DNA of 64,000 nucleotides from Bradyrhizobium ivorense (GTDB lineage Bacteria; Cyanobacteriota; Cyanobacteriia; PCC-6307; Cyanobiaceae): NCBI GenBank assembly GCA_943368005.1, contig CALRKN020000008.1, positions 75,705 to 139,704 of the forward strand, read 5' to 3'. Shown piece by piece: positions 17,728 to 26,586 of this stretch (position 1 is its first letter; each line of letters starts with the position of its first letter). The notes under the pieces were generated by a model. It saw only the letters and a program-made list of their open reading frames with translations, ran no database searches and was not told where the DNA came from. The position numbers and the translations under genes were made by a program.

Positions 17728-19043
17728 CCCTGCAGCTGCTGCTGGTGGCGGATAGCGACAGCCAACTGCTGGCCTGCCAGGCACTGGCCCGCTTCGGCGG
17801 CGAGCAGGAGGTGCGGATCACCGTGAATGCCATCCCCAGGGCAGGCACCCCGGCCGCCCTCCTGGCGACCCTGCGCAGCATGGGCCCGCTCTGGGAGCTG
17901 GGCCTGCGCCAGCTGCTGGCCGAGCCGCGTCTCGACCAATTCGATGCCATCGGGGTGTATCTCACCGGCAGCAAACTGGCTGAATTCCGCAGCTGTTACC
18001 ACAGCACCCGCCAGTCGCTAGGGCGGCGGCAACGGCCCCTCTTCTGTGGCTTCAACGGCGTGGTGCTCGAGCGGTTCGAGGAGGCGATCGCCTGGCGGTT
18101 GGGCTACGACCTGATCTGCCTGAACGGCCCCCGCGATGAGGCCAGATTGCGGCAGTTTCTGGAGCACACCCCATTCAGCCGCCAGCGCTGCGTGCTCACG
18201 GGCCTGGGCAGAAACCGCAATCCAGCCAGCCAGCCAGCGCCCGCCGACGGTCGACCCCGACGCCTGGTCTTCGCCGAGCAGGTGGTGATGCCCGCTGCGC
18301 CGGCCGAACGGCGCCGACTGGTGCGGATCCTGGCCGGCCTGGCGCGCCGCTCTCCCCATTGGGAGCTGCTGATCAAGCCGCGGGTGGCGCCGCACGAGAG
18401 CACGTTCCACAGCGTGGACACCCACATCAGCCAGACCCTGGTGGACGCCCTGGGCAGCCCACCCACCAACCTCAGGCTCAGCTATGCCCCGCTGCCGCAG
18501 CTCCTGCTGGAGAGCAGGCTGCTGGCCACCGTGTCGTCCACGGCCCTGTTCGACGCCCTGGATCTGGGTTGCAAGCCGGTGGTGATGGACGACTTCGGCC
18601 TGCGCCAGGACCTCGGCACGTCCTTTTTCGCCGGTTCGGGGCTGCTGCAGTCGCTGGCCAGCGTGGACGACCTCGACAGCCTGGCCGAGGGTTCCGATCC
18701 CGACCCGGACTGGCTGCACTGGGTGGGGTACCACCCCGCCTTCTCGCCTCGGAATCTGCTGGAGGCGCTGCGGCAGCTGGAAAATCAGCCCGAATCCCCA
18801 CTACCGCTGGAGCTGGCCGGCTACGTGGTGAACGCCGCCGACCTCTCCACCAACCAGCTGCGCCGCGGTGCCGAGACCGCCATCCGCTGTGGCGACCAGG
18901 GGGAGGCGATCCGCCTGCTGGAAATCGCCCAGCTACAGCGACCGGACAACCGCAACATCAGCCGGCGTCTGGCGGCGGTGCGGCAAGGCAACCGCTGGTT
19001 ACGTCGCCTGGCGCTGCTGGTGACCCCACGCTTCCGGCTTTAG
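17724..19043 (+). CDS. Uncharacterised protein, paralog 3 of 3 (with extra TPR-like C-terminal tail)
   Basis: ATG at 17724 overlaps the paralog-2 stop (ATGA). GYDLICLNGPRDEARLRQF, LVFAEQVVMPAAPAERRRLVRILAGLARRSPHWELLIKPR, NLRLSYAPLPQLLLESRLLATVSSTALFDALDLG. Confidence 0.65.
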   Translation: MTLQLLLVADSDSQLLACQALARFGGEQEVRITVNAIPRAGTPAALLATLRSMGPLWELGLRQLLAEPRLDQFDAIGVYLTGSKLAEFRSCYHSTRQSLGRRQRPLFCGFNGVVLERFEEAIAWRLGYDLICLNGPRDEARLRQFLEHTPFSRQRCVLTGLGRNRNPASQPAPADGRPRRLVFAEQVVMPAAPAERRRLVRILAGLARRSPHWELLIKPRVAPHESTFHSVDTHISQTLVDALGSPPTNLRLSYAPLPQLLLESRLLATVSSTALFDALDLGCKPVVMDDFGLRQDLGTSFFAGSGLLQSLASVDDLDSLAEGSDPDPDWLHWVGYHPAFSPRNLLEALRQLENQPESPLPLELAGYVVNAADLSTNQLRRGAETAIRCGDQGEAIRLLEIAQLQRPDNRNISRRLAAVRQGNRWLRRLALLVTPRFRL

Positions 19044-19075
19044 AGTTCTGCTTCGCTCCTGGAGATGAAAGATAC

Positions 19076-21364
19076 GTGCAATCGGTGCAGATCGAGCGGA
19101 ATTTCACCCAGTACGTGGTCTTCTCCGAAGACTCCTTGCTCACGGCCCTGAACAAGATCACGGCCAACCAGTGCCGCCTGATCTTCGTGGTGTCCGAAGG
19201 GGGGATCCTCCAGGGGGTGCTCAGTGATGGGGACTTCCGCCGCTGGATCGCCGCCACCGATCTGATCGACCTGAACAGGCCGGTCACCGCCGCCATGAAT
19301 CCAGCCTGCATCGCCGCCTCGGAGGACAGCGGCCCTGCGGAACTGGCCAGCCTGCTCTCCCCCAAGATCCAGGTCATACCCCTGCTCGACGACCATGGCC
19401 GCGTGGTGGGGGTGGCCCGCGGTGGTCAGCGGCGCCTGCTGCTGGCCGACCGGCCGATCGGGGACGGTGCGCCTGTGTTCGTGATTGCCGAGATCGGCAA
19501 CAACCACAACGGCAGCCTCGAGCTGGCCCTGCGGCTGATCGATGCCGCCGCCGCCGCCGGCGCCGACTGTGCCAAGTTCCAGATGCGCGACATGGGCCAG
19601 CTGTACGTCAACGCCGGCGACAGCAACGACATGGCGTCCGACCTGGGCACCCAGTACACCCTCGACCTGCTGGAGCGCTTCCAGCTCAGCGACGACGAGC
19701 TCTATCGATGCTTTGACCACACCCTCAAGCGCGGTCTGATTCCCCTCTGCACGCCCTGGGACAGCACCAGCCTGGAGAAGCTCCACCGCTGGGGCATGGC
19801 AGGTTTCAAAGTGGCCTCGGCCGACTTCACCAACCACGATCTGCTCACTGCCATCGCCGGCACGGGCAAGCCGCTGATCGCCTCCACCGGCATGGCCACC
19901 GAACAGGAGATCAGCGCCGGCATCCGCCATCTGCGCCAGCAGGGTGCCGCCTTTGCCCTGTTGCACTGCAACTCCACCTATCCGACTCCGTTCAAGGACG
20001 TGAACCTCCGCTATCTGCGGCGGCTTGCCGAACTGGCGGAGGGACCGGTGGGCTACTCCGGCCACGAGCGGGGCTACGCCGTGCCGATCGCCGCGGTGGG
20101 GCTCGGCGCCAGCGTGATCGAAAAACACATCACCCTGGACCGCGGCATGGAGGGCAACGACCACAAGGTGAGCCTGCTGCCCGAGGAGTTCACCGCCATG
20201 GTCACGGCCATCCGAGCGGTAGAGGAATCGATGGGCTCCGAGGCATCCCGCAGCCTCAGCCAGGGGGAGCTGATGAACCGGGAGGTGCTGGCCAAGAGTC
20301 TGGTGGCCGCCTGTCCGATTGCGGCCGGAACCCCGATCAGCCGGGACATGGTGCGCATCCAGAGCCCCGGCCAGGGCCTGCAGCCCTATCGGCTCAACGA
20401 CCTGCTGGGCAAGATCCTGAGCTGCGACAAGGGCGAGGGGGAGTTCTTCTTTGAATCCGATCTGAAGCGGCCCGCCGCGGCCCCGCGGCCCTACCGATTT
20501 CAGAATCCATTCGGGGTGCCGGTGCGCTACCACGACCTCCACCAGTTCAGCGGGGCCAGCAATCTGGACCTGGTGGAAATCCACCTCAGCTACAAGGACG
20601 TGGAGGTGGACATCGACGGCGTGTTACCCGAGCGGTTGCCGATGGGTCTGGTGGTGCACGCGCCCGAACTGTTCGCAGGCGATCACACCCTGGATCTCTG
20701 CAGCACCGATGACGCCTATCGGCTTCATTCGGTGGCCGAACTGCAGCGTGTCCTCAACCTCTCAGCGCGGCTGCGCCAGCACTTCGACTGCCCCGGCGAC
20801 GTGCTGCTCGTGACCAACGTGGGAGGGTTCTCCGCCAATCGCCACCTGAGTGCCGCCGAACGGGGGCCCCTGCTGGAACGATTGGCCTGCAGCCTGGCCG
20901 AGTTGCGCTGCGATGGTGTGGAACTCATTCCCCAGACCATGCCCCCCTTCCCCTGGCACTTCGGCGGGCAGCGCTATCACAATCTGTTTGTGGATCCCGA
21001 CAGCATCGAAGCGTTCTGCCGCGAGCAGGGCTTGAAGGTGTGCCTGGACGTTTCGCACTCCAAGCTGGCCTGCAATCACCTGCACGTGTCCTTCTCCCAC
21101 TTCCTGGAGAGGATCCTGCCGTTCACGGCCCACCTGCACCTGGCTGACGCCTCGGGAGTGGACGGGGAAGGCCTGCAGATCGACGAGGGGGATGTGGACT
21201 GGGCCGATGTGTTCCGACTGCTGCGTCTGCTCGCCCCTGGGGCCTCGTTCATCCCCGAGATCTGGCAGGGGCACAAGAACAACGGCGAAGGGGCCTGGCT
21301 GGCCCTGGAGCGACTCGAGTTGCACCAGCTCACAGTGGGCCAGACATCCCTGGTGGCCGCGTGA
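19076..21364 (+). CDS. neuB: Multidomain nonulosonic acid synthase: CBS pair + NeuB (PEP-condensing synthase) + SAF + xylose-isomerase-like TIM barrel
   Basis: - CBS: LIFVVSEGGILQGVLSDGDFRRW and IQVIPLLDDHGRVVGV.
- NeuB: PVFVIAEIGNNHNGSLELALRLIDAAAAAGADCAKFQ, KVASADFTNHDLL, PLIASTGMAT, LLHCNSTYPTP, GYSGHERG, VIEKHITLDR.
- SAF: SLVAACPIAAGTPISRDMV.
- C-terminal ~280 aa is AP_endonuc_2/TIM-like: LVVHAPELF, CLDVSHSKL, HLHLADASG, IPEIW.
- Start: no in-frame ATG precedes the CBS domain, so I chose GTG at 19076; this is uncertain. Confidence 0.8.
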   Translation: MQSVQIERNFTQYVVFSEDSLLTALNKITANQCRLIFVVSEGGILQGVLSDGDFRRWIAATDLIDLNRPVTAAMNPACIAASEDSGPAELASLLSPKIQVIPLLDDHGRVVGVARGGQRRLLLADRPIGDGAPVFVIAEIGNNHNGSLELALRLIDAAAAAGADCAKFQMRDMGQLYVNAGDSNDMASDLGTQYTLDLLERFQLSDDELYRCFDHTLKRGLIPLCTPWDSTSLEKLHRWGMAGFKVASADFTNHDLLTAIAGTGKPLIASTGMATEQEISAGIRHLRQQGAAFALLHCNSTYPTPFKDVNLRYLRRLAELAEGPVGYSGHERGYAVPIAAVGLGASVIEKHITLDRGMEGNDHKVSLLPEEFTAMVTAIRAVEESMGSEASRSLSQGELMNREVLAKSLVAACPIAAGTPISRDMVRIQSPGQGLQPYRLNDLLGKILSCDKGEGEFFFESDLKRPAAAPRPYRFQNPFGVPVRYHDLHQFSGASNLDLVEIHLSYKDVEVDIDGVLPERLPMGLVVHAPELFAGDHTLDLCSTDDAYRLHSVAELQRVLNLSARLRQHFDCPGDVLLVTNVGGFSANRHLSAAERGPLLERLACSLAELRCDGVELIPQTMPPFPWHFGGQRYHNLFVDPDSIEAFCREQGLKVCLDVSHSKLACNHLHVSFSHFLERILPFTAHLHLADASGVDGEGLQIDEGDVDWADVFRLLRLLAPGASFIPEIWQGHKNNGEGAWLALERLELHQLTVGQTSLVAA

Positions 21365-22137
21365 TGAATCCGCTGGGGAGCGCCCCGCTGGAGGTGGGCG
21401 AGCACTTCATTCTGTTCAACCACCTGCCCCTCATTTATGGCCGGGTACCCAAGGTGGCGAATTCATCGGTGAAGGCGGCGCTCACCCGCCTACTGGATCA
21501 GCCGCCGGAGGAGGGATACCGCACAACGGCCGATTCTCTGTGGCGCAAGGGCACCCACGGGGAAACCAGCATGATCGATGCGACAGCAGCCCTGGAACGG
21601 CGCAGCAGCCATTTCTGCTTCAGTTTCGTTCGCAATCCCTTCGTCCGGCTTGTGTCGGCCTACAACAACAAGCTTGTTGAGAATGAACACCTCTCCACCG
21701 CCATGCAGCGGATGGGGTTGGAGCGCCACATGCCATTTGAACACTTTCTGGATGTGGTGGCGGCCACCGGGGACGCCGATCTGGATGTACACCTGTTGCC
21801 CCAGAGCAGCATTCTCTGCAGCGGCGGCATTCCCGTACCTGCCTTCATTGGCAAGCTGGAGGCCATGGGCGACCACTGGCTGCGGCTGCGACGACGCATG
21901 CGACAGGCCGGCCTGCCTGCGCTGGGAAAACTGCCCAGCAAGAACGTGCGCCGTGCCGGTGACACCGACCTGAGCGACTTCTTCCATAACGACCAGCTGA
22001 TCGAACGGGCACTGGATCGCTACCGTGACGACGTGAGGCTGTTCTATGCCGACCACGACCTCGATCGGCTGGCCTGCGGCGAACTCAGCGGCACAGCCCA
22101 GCCCTTGGAACGGGCCTGCGTGCCCATCCCGGCTTGA
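21364..22137 (+). CDS. Sulfotransferase, family 2 (carbohydrate sulfotransferase-like)
   Basis: The start overlaps the neuB stop (TGATG). 5'-PSB-like GRVPKVANSSVKAAL and 3'-PB-like FSFVRNPFVRLVSAYNNK. Confidence 0.7.
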   Translation: MNPLGSAPLEVGEHFILFNHLPLIYGRVPKVANSSVKAALTRLLDQPPEEGYRTTADSLWRKGTHGETSMIDATAALERRSSHFCFSFVRNPFVRLVSAYNNKLVENEHLSTAMQRMGLERHMPFEHFLDVVAATGDADLDVHLLPQSSILCSGGIPVPAFIGKLEAMGDHWLRLRRRMRQAGLPALGKLPSKNVRRAGDTDLSDFFHNDQLIERALDRYRDDVRLFYADHDLDRLACGELSGTAQPLERACVPIPA

Positions 22138-22206
22138 GACGAAGCCCCAGCGACCCTGACGTAGAATTGCTTTACTGCGATCAATTCGCCGCTCTGGGAG
22201 TTTGCT

Positions 22207-23037
22207 TTGGGTCTCAATCGTCGTCTGCGCGTAGCCATCGAGGCGGGCTTGAGAGGGGAGCATCAACAGGAAGTGGAAAGCCTGGGCAGACGCCTGCCCA
22301 ATTTCATCATCATTGGCGCGGCCAAGTCAGCAACAACGACTCTCACAACAATTCTGCCGCGCCATCCTGATTTCTTCATCAGTCGACCGAAGGAACCCAA
22401 GTTCTTCGGCCGGTGCTACGACCGGGGCTGGGCCTGGTATAGCCGGATGTTCCGAGAGGGAAGGGGCTACAAGCTTCGAGGCGAGGGCAGCACCATGTAT
22501 GCCAGCGCCCTCAACAGCTTTGCCCATGCTCCGGCCTTGATGCATCGCTACTTGCCGAATGCGAAGTTGGTCTATGTGGTGCGCCATCCGCTGGACAGGA
22601 TTATTTCCCATTGGCGCCATCGCAAGGGACGCAAACCGAGAAGTCCTGGTTTTGAAGCCCTACTGCGCTCCCGTCACCTGCGAAAACTGGTGGTGGGTTG
22701 CTCGATGTATCACGAACAGCTTCAGAAATTTCGCCAATACTATCCTGACAACCAGATCCATTGCCTCACCTACGAAGACCTGATCAGCGCCCCCTACCCA
22801 ACCCTTGCCGAGCTGCTCACCTTTCTGAAGGCATCAACAGCCCCAAGCCTGATTGAGCGCCTGCTGGACAACGGACAACTGCCCCGCGTCAACGAAGCAG
22901 GGGACAAAGGAAGGGCTTTGGTTGCCCCTCCCGAGTGGACGCCCACTCTGAGAAGCCAGGTGCTCCAAGTGATCCAACCAGACGCCGTTCAAATGCTGGC
23001 CTACATGAACAAGAGCTCTGACACGTGGACTCTTTAA
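22207..23037 (+). CDS. Sulfotransferase (Sulfotransfer_1/3-like, PAPS-dependent)
   Basis: PNFIIIGAAKSATTTL (PAPS 5'-phosphosulfate loop) and VVRHPLDRIISHWRH (3'-phosphate motif). TTG start. GC is lower (about 50% in one sampled line) than in the neighbours. Confidence 0.8.
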   Translation: MGLNRRLRVAIEAGLRGEHQQEVESLGRRLPNFIIIGAAKSATTTLTTILPRHPDFFISRPKEPKFFGRCYDRGWAWYSRMFREGRGYKLRGEGSTMYASALNSFAHAPALMHRYLPNAKLVYVVRHPLDRIISHWRHRKGRKPRSPGFEALLRSRHLRKLVVGCSMYHEQLQKFRQYYPDNQIHCLTYEDLISAPYPTLAELLTFLKASTAPSLIERLLDNGQLPRVNEAGDKGRALVAPPEWTPTLRSQVLQVIQPDAVQMLAYMNKSSDTWTL

Positions 23038-23066
23038 TCCCCTGCAACCATCACTGATCGCTTTCT

Positions 23067-26000
23067 CTATGGAGAGATTGCGAGATGGTCAGAAATCATG
23101 GCCGCAACCCTGGGGTTGCATGCGGCCGCCACCTGGGGCCAGGCATCAATGTCCTGACGAATCGGATTGAGCCGAAGCAGCTCCGTTTTGAGGAAGGGGA
23201 ACTGCAGCTCCTCCAGCAACTCCCGCCAATGGGTATGGGTGACATTGCCATGCTGCCCTGCCAGAAAAAGCGCTTCTTGTGTGAAACCGGCGTCGGCAAG
23301 TACACCGCTCCAGCCCACCTCATAGGCCATCACCAGATCAAGCTTGGAAGACCAGATTCCAATCTGCTCCCAGAAAGTCCAGAACAGCGAACTGCGCAAC
23401 AGCCGCGCACCATAGGCAACAAAATAGCTCTGCAGATGGGAACGAATCGCCGTGCTTTCCGTAAGCCCAACCACATCCGCCCGACTCACGGCCAGCCGCT
23501 CAAACAGGACATCCAGTGGGTTCAGCGGCCCGTAACAGCTGTCATTCGTGAGAATCAAACGTGACGCATTCCGCAAGTAGGGTTTACAGAATGCCAAGCC
23601 TGCTTGCCAGCTGCCAAAGTCATAGCCCTCGTTCTGGCGAACCAGAACGACATCACAGAGCTTTCGAAGTGCCGCCATTTCCCCGGGACGATGGCGTAAC
23701 GCGGGCGCGGCGGAAACAAAGGCCAGATCGGCGTGGGCGCGATAGGCCCGCAATTGCTCCAGCACATCGGGCCGAACATCTCCATTGGCATCCCAGTGCA
23801 CATAAATCAGGAACGGACGCTGGCCCCCGGGCTTGAATCCCTCCCGCACCCAGGCACTGAGGAAGCGCTCGCGCGCCGGGGCCAAGGGCCGGGGCGGCAG
23901 GGCCATCGGTTCGAAGCGATGGGATGCGGGCCCCAGGAAGCGGTGGTAGAGGGGGTCACCCCGCTGAAAGCGAAGGGGGTAGCGGCCACGCAAGGCCGCC
24001 GATTCCCGGGCCAGGCGATTGCGCTTTTCACCGCTGAAATCGTTGCCCCGACTCTTCGATTCGGCATGGATGATCCGGGGTGCGGGCGTCACGATCACAG
24101 CGCGCCCAGCGGCGGTGAGGCGCCAGCAGAGATCAACATCGTTGTAGGCGACGACAAACGATTCATCAAAACCCGCCAACTGATCAAACTCGGCACTGCG
24201 GATCAGCAGGCAAGCTGCCGTAGCCGCCGACCATTGCTCCTGCAGCTCCAGCACGGCAAAGGGCTCGGTGTCGATACCGGGCCTCAAGCCTTTGCCCGGC
24301 GAGAGAATGTCGTGGGGCTGGCGGGCTGCCGCAGCCAGACCGTGGTGCTGGATGGTGTTGTCTTCAAAGAGAAGGCGAGCACTCACGGCGGCCGTGGTGC
24401 TCATGGCAAAGGGATGCAGGAGTTCCTCAATCGGTCCCGGCGACGCAAAGCAGATGTCGTTGTTGAGAAAAAGGAGAAAATTACCTCTGCAGAACTGTCG
24501 TGCCCGGTTATTCAGGGCGGCAAAGTTAAAGGGAGAGTCATCGCGCAGAGCGATCAGGTTCACGCCGCGTGCTGCCGCCAGGGGTGCCAGTTCTTCCGCC
24601 AGAGCCGTGGCCTCTGGCTCGACACTGCCGTTGTCCACCAGCACCAATTCCAGCGGTGTGGGTCCCGCTTGCGCCAGCAGGCTGACCACGCACTGGCGGG
24701 TGAGTGCGGCCTGGTCTCGGAACGGGATGATCACGGAGACGAGATCGGCAGCAGCGGCGCAGTAGTGCAGCCGAAAGCTGCCCTGGCGGGGGCCGGACAC
24801 CAGGGAACCCCCGGGCACCATCCACGCGGTGGCCTGCCTGCGCGTGAGCTGCTCCAGCTCCAGCAACTGCTCACAGCTGAACAGATGGCGCTGGTCGGGA
24901 GTACTGATCGACAGGAGGGTGGGATTGGACGTGGGCTCACGACGCAGCAAGGCCTGGGGCAGGGCTGTGATCTCTCCTCCCCGCTCCAGCCACTGCAGGC
25001 CGAGATCCTTCAACAGGGCATGCAGCGACCCATAGGCCGGCTGCAGGTGCAGGCCCGGCAGGCCCGTGGCGGCCAGGCTGACCAGGCCAGCCAGCTGACC
25101 ACGGCTGAGCAGGCGAAATGCGGTGGTCTGGGCCACAAACTGCCGCAGGCCATAGCGAAGCGGTGACTGGCACCACAGCACTTCCTCATCGGTGCAACAG
25201 AGATGGTGGGGGTGCCAGGCGAGGAAACCGGCCAACTGCTGCCAGGCCCCCGGGGCGAGCTGGTCGTGGGGCCCCACCAGCGCCAGCACGGCCTGGGCCC
25301 CCGCCCCTGCCTCCTCCTGCCCGGCCAGGAGCCGGAGCTGCTGCGCCGGATCACCTGCTTCCCCACCACCGAGCTGCAGCACGCCAGCCCGGGGGAAGCC
25401 CCCCTCGGCAGCCAGCTGGCAGGCGCGCTGCCGCAACCAGTCCAGGCCCCGGTCGGCCACCTGGGCGGCCGTCGCCGCCAGCACCAGCACCCCCTCCAGG
25501 GCGGCAGGCCTGAGGGGTTGATCCCGATGGGGCAGTAGATCCGGGTCGAGCCTGGGCTTCTCCGCCCCAGCTGGGCCAGCCAGCCAGTGACCCAGAAACG
25601 CTCGAACCTGGTGGGGTCGGCGACGGGCCAACCAATGGGCGGAGATGGCCAGCAGGGCGGGGGTTGCGCTCGGCCGCAGCGGCAGGATCTCGCGCACCCC
25701 CCCGCTGGTCTGGGCCAGCTGGCAGAACGGACGGCCCCGCAGCCCGGCCAGCCCCCGGATCAGCGCCAGCCAGCTGGCCGGCGGGGGCTCCGTGCCGTTC
25801 CACAAGAGATAGTGGGCGCCCCCCTCCAGCACGCGGCGGCTGGCGTCCAGCACCAAATGGGCCGCAGAGCTGGCGTCGCCCACCGCCACGCTGCCATCCA
25901 GCACCAACGCCTGCGCCAGGCGGGCTCCGTCCGGCTGACCCGGCCCTTGGATCCAGATCCAGGGGTGTTCGAGCAGTCCATCCAGCTGGCTGGGTGCCCA

Positions 26001-26519
26001 GCGGGCCAGGGCCGTCACGGGCTGGTCGGTGGTGCTCCGGGGTGGGGCGGCCTGGGCCCTGGCCACCAGGCTGGTCTCCCGGGCGAGACAGTCGAGGGCC
26101 GAGCTGGTTCGCAACCAGCGGCGGCCCGCCCGGCTCAGCTGCATCAGCTGCTGGTAGCAGCCGATGTTCAGGGCGGGCAGCCCCGCGTAGAGGGGACGTT
26201 CCCCGCGCAGCACCTGGTTGAGGGGCCCGACCACAAACGCGAAAAGGTCGCAGCCGTGGGCCATCTCCACCAGGAGCGGATCGAGGCAGCACTCGCGCAG
26301 CAGCTCGGGGAAGCGAGGAGCCAGCAGGATGGTGGCGGGCACCAGATCGGGATCCAGAAAAACAGGATCCAGGCCGGGGTGACAACTGGCGAGCACGGGG
26401 CGCAGCAGGGTGGCCGGGTAGCCCTGCTCCCGCAACTGGGCCAGCAGGGCCAGGCAGTCCGTGGGATTCCCGGCGGCGAGGGCCTGCCGCAGACGGCCGA
26501 GCGAGGCTGGAGAGTCCAT
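23067..26519 (-). CDS. 1150-aa multidomain glycosyltransferase: unknown N-terminal ~560 aa + GT2 + rhamnan-synthesis-F (RgpF)-like domain
   Basis: GT2: VSVIIPFRDQAALTRQCVVSLLAQ...LVLVDNGS, FLNNDI, and DVDLCWR (ED-type motif). RgpF-like: FLIYVHWDANG, VRQNEGYDFGSWQAGL, LTNDSCYGP. Confidence 0.8.
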   Translation of the reverse strand: MDSPASLGRLRQALAAGNPTDCLALLAQLREQGYPATLLRPVLASCHPGLDPVFLDPDLVPATILLAPRFPELLRECCLDPLLVEMAHGCDLFAFVVGPLNQVLRGERPLYAGLPALNIGCYQQLMQLSRAGRRWLRTSSALDCLARETSLVARAQAAPPRSTTDQPVTALARWAPSQLDGLLEHPWIWIQGPGQPDGARLAQALVLDGSVAVGDASSAAHLVLDASRRVLEGGAHYLLWNGTEPPPASWLALIRGLAGLRGRPFCQLAQTSGGVREILPLRPSATPALLAISAHWLARRRPHQVRAFLGHWLAGPAGAEKPRLDPDLLPHRDQPLRPAALEGVLVLAATAAQVADRGLDWLRQRACQLAAEGGFPRAGVLQLGGGEAGDPAQQLRLLAGQEEAGAGAQAVLALVGPHDQLAPGAWQQLAGFLAWHPHHLCCTDEEVLWCQSPLRYGLRQFVAQTTAFRLLSRGQLAGLVSLAATGLPGLHLQPAYGSLHALLKDLGLQWLERGGEITALPQALLRREPTSNPTLLSISTPDQRHLFSCEQLLELEQLTRRQATAWMVPGGSLVSGPRQGSFRLHYCAAAADLVSVIIPFRDQAALTRQCVVSLLAQAGPTPLELVLVDNGSVEPEATALAEELAPLAAARGVNLIALRDDSPFNFAALNNRARQFCRGNFLLFLNNDICFASPGPIEELLHPFAMSTTAAVSARLLFEDNTIQHHGLAAAARQPHDILSPGKGLRPGIDTEPFAVLELQEQWSAATAACLLIRSAEFDQLAGFDESFVVAYNDVDLCWRLTAAGRAVIVTPAPRIIHAESKSRGNDFSGEKRNRLARESAALRGRYPLRFQRGDPLYHRFLGPASHRFEPMALPPRPLAPARERFLSAWVREGFKPGGQRPFLIYVHWDANGDVRPDVLEQLRAYRAHADLAFVSAAPALRHRPGEMAALRKLCDVVLVRQNEGYDFGSWQAGLAFCKPYLRNASRLILTNDSCYGPLNPLDVLFERLAVSRADVVGLTESTAIRSHLQSYFVAYGARLLRSSLFWTFWEQIGIWSSKLDLVMAYEVGWSGVLADAGFTQEALFLAGQHGNVTHTHWRELLEELQFPFLKTELLRLNPIRQDIDAWPQVAAACNPRVAAMISDHLAISP

Positions 26520-26586
26520 GCTGCGGCCAGAGTGGTGCGAGCCTATTCAAAAGCGCCACGTAGGCTGGCCCGGCTTGCAATGAGCC

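Noticed and set aside
18359-19075. The 5' part of the 1001-aa ORF 18359..21364.
   Set aside because: It overlaps paralog 3 (17724..19043) in another frame. It translates to low-complexity Pro/Gly/Ala/Arg sequence. The recognisable CBS domain only starts after about 19080.
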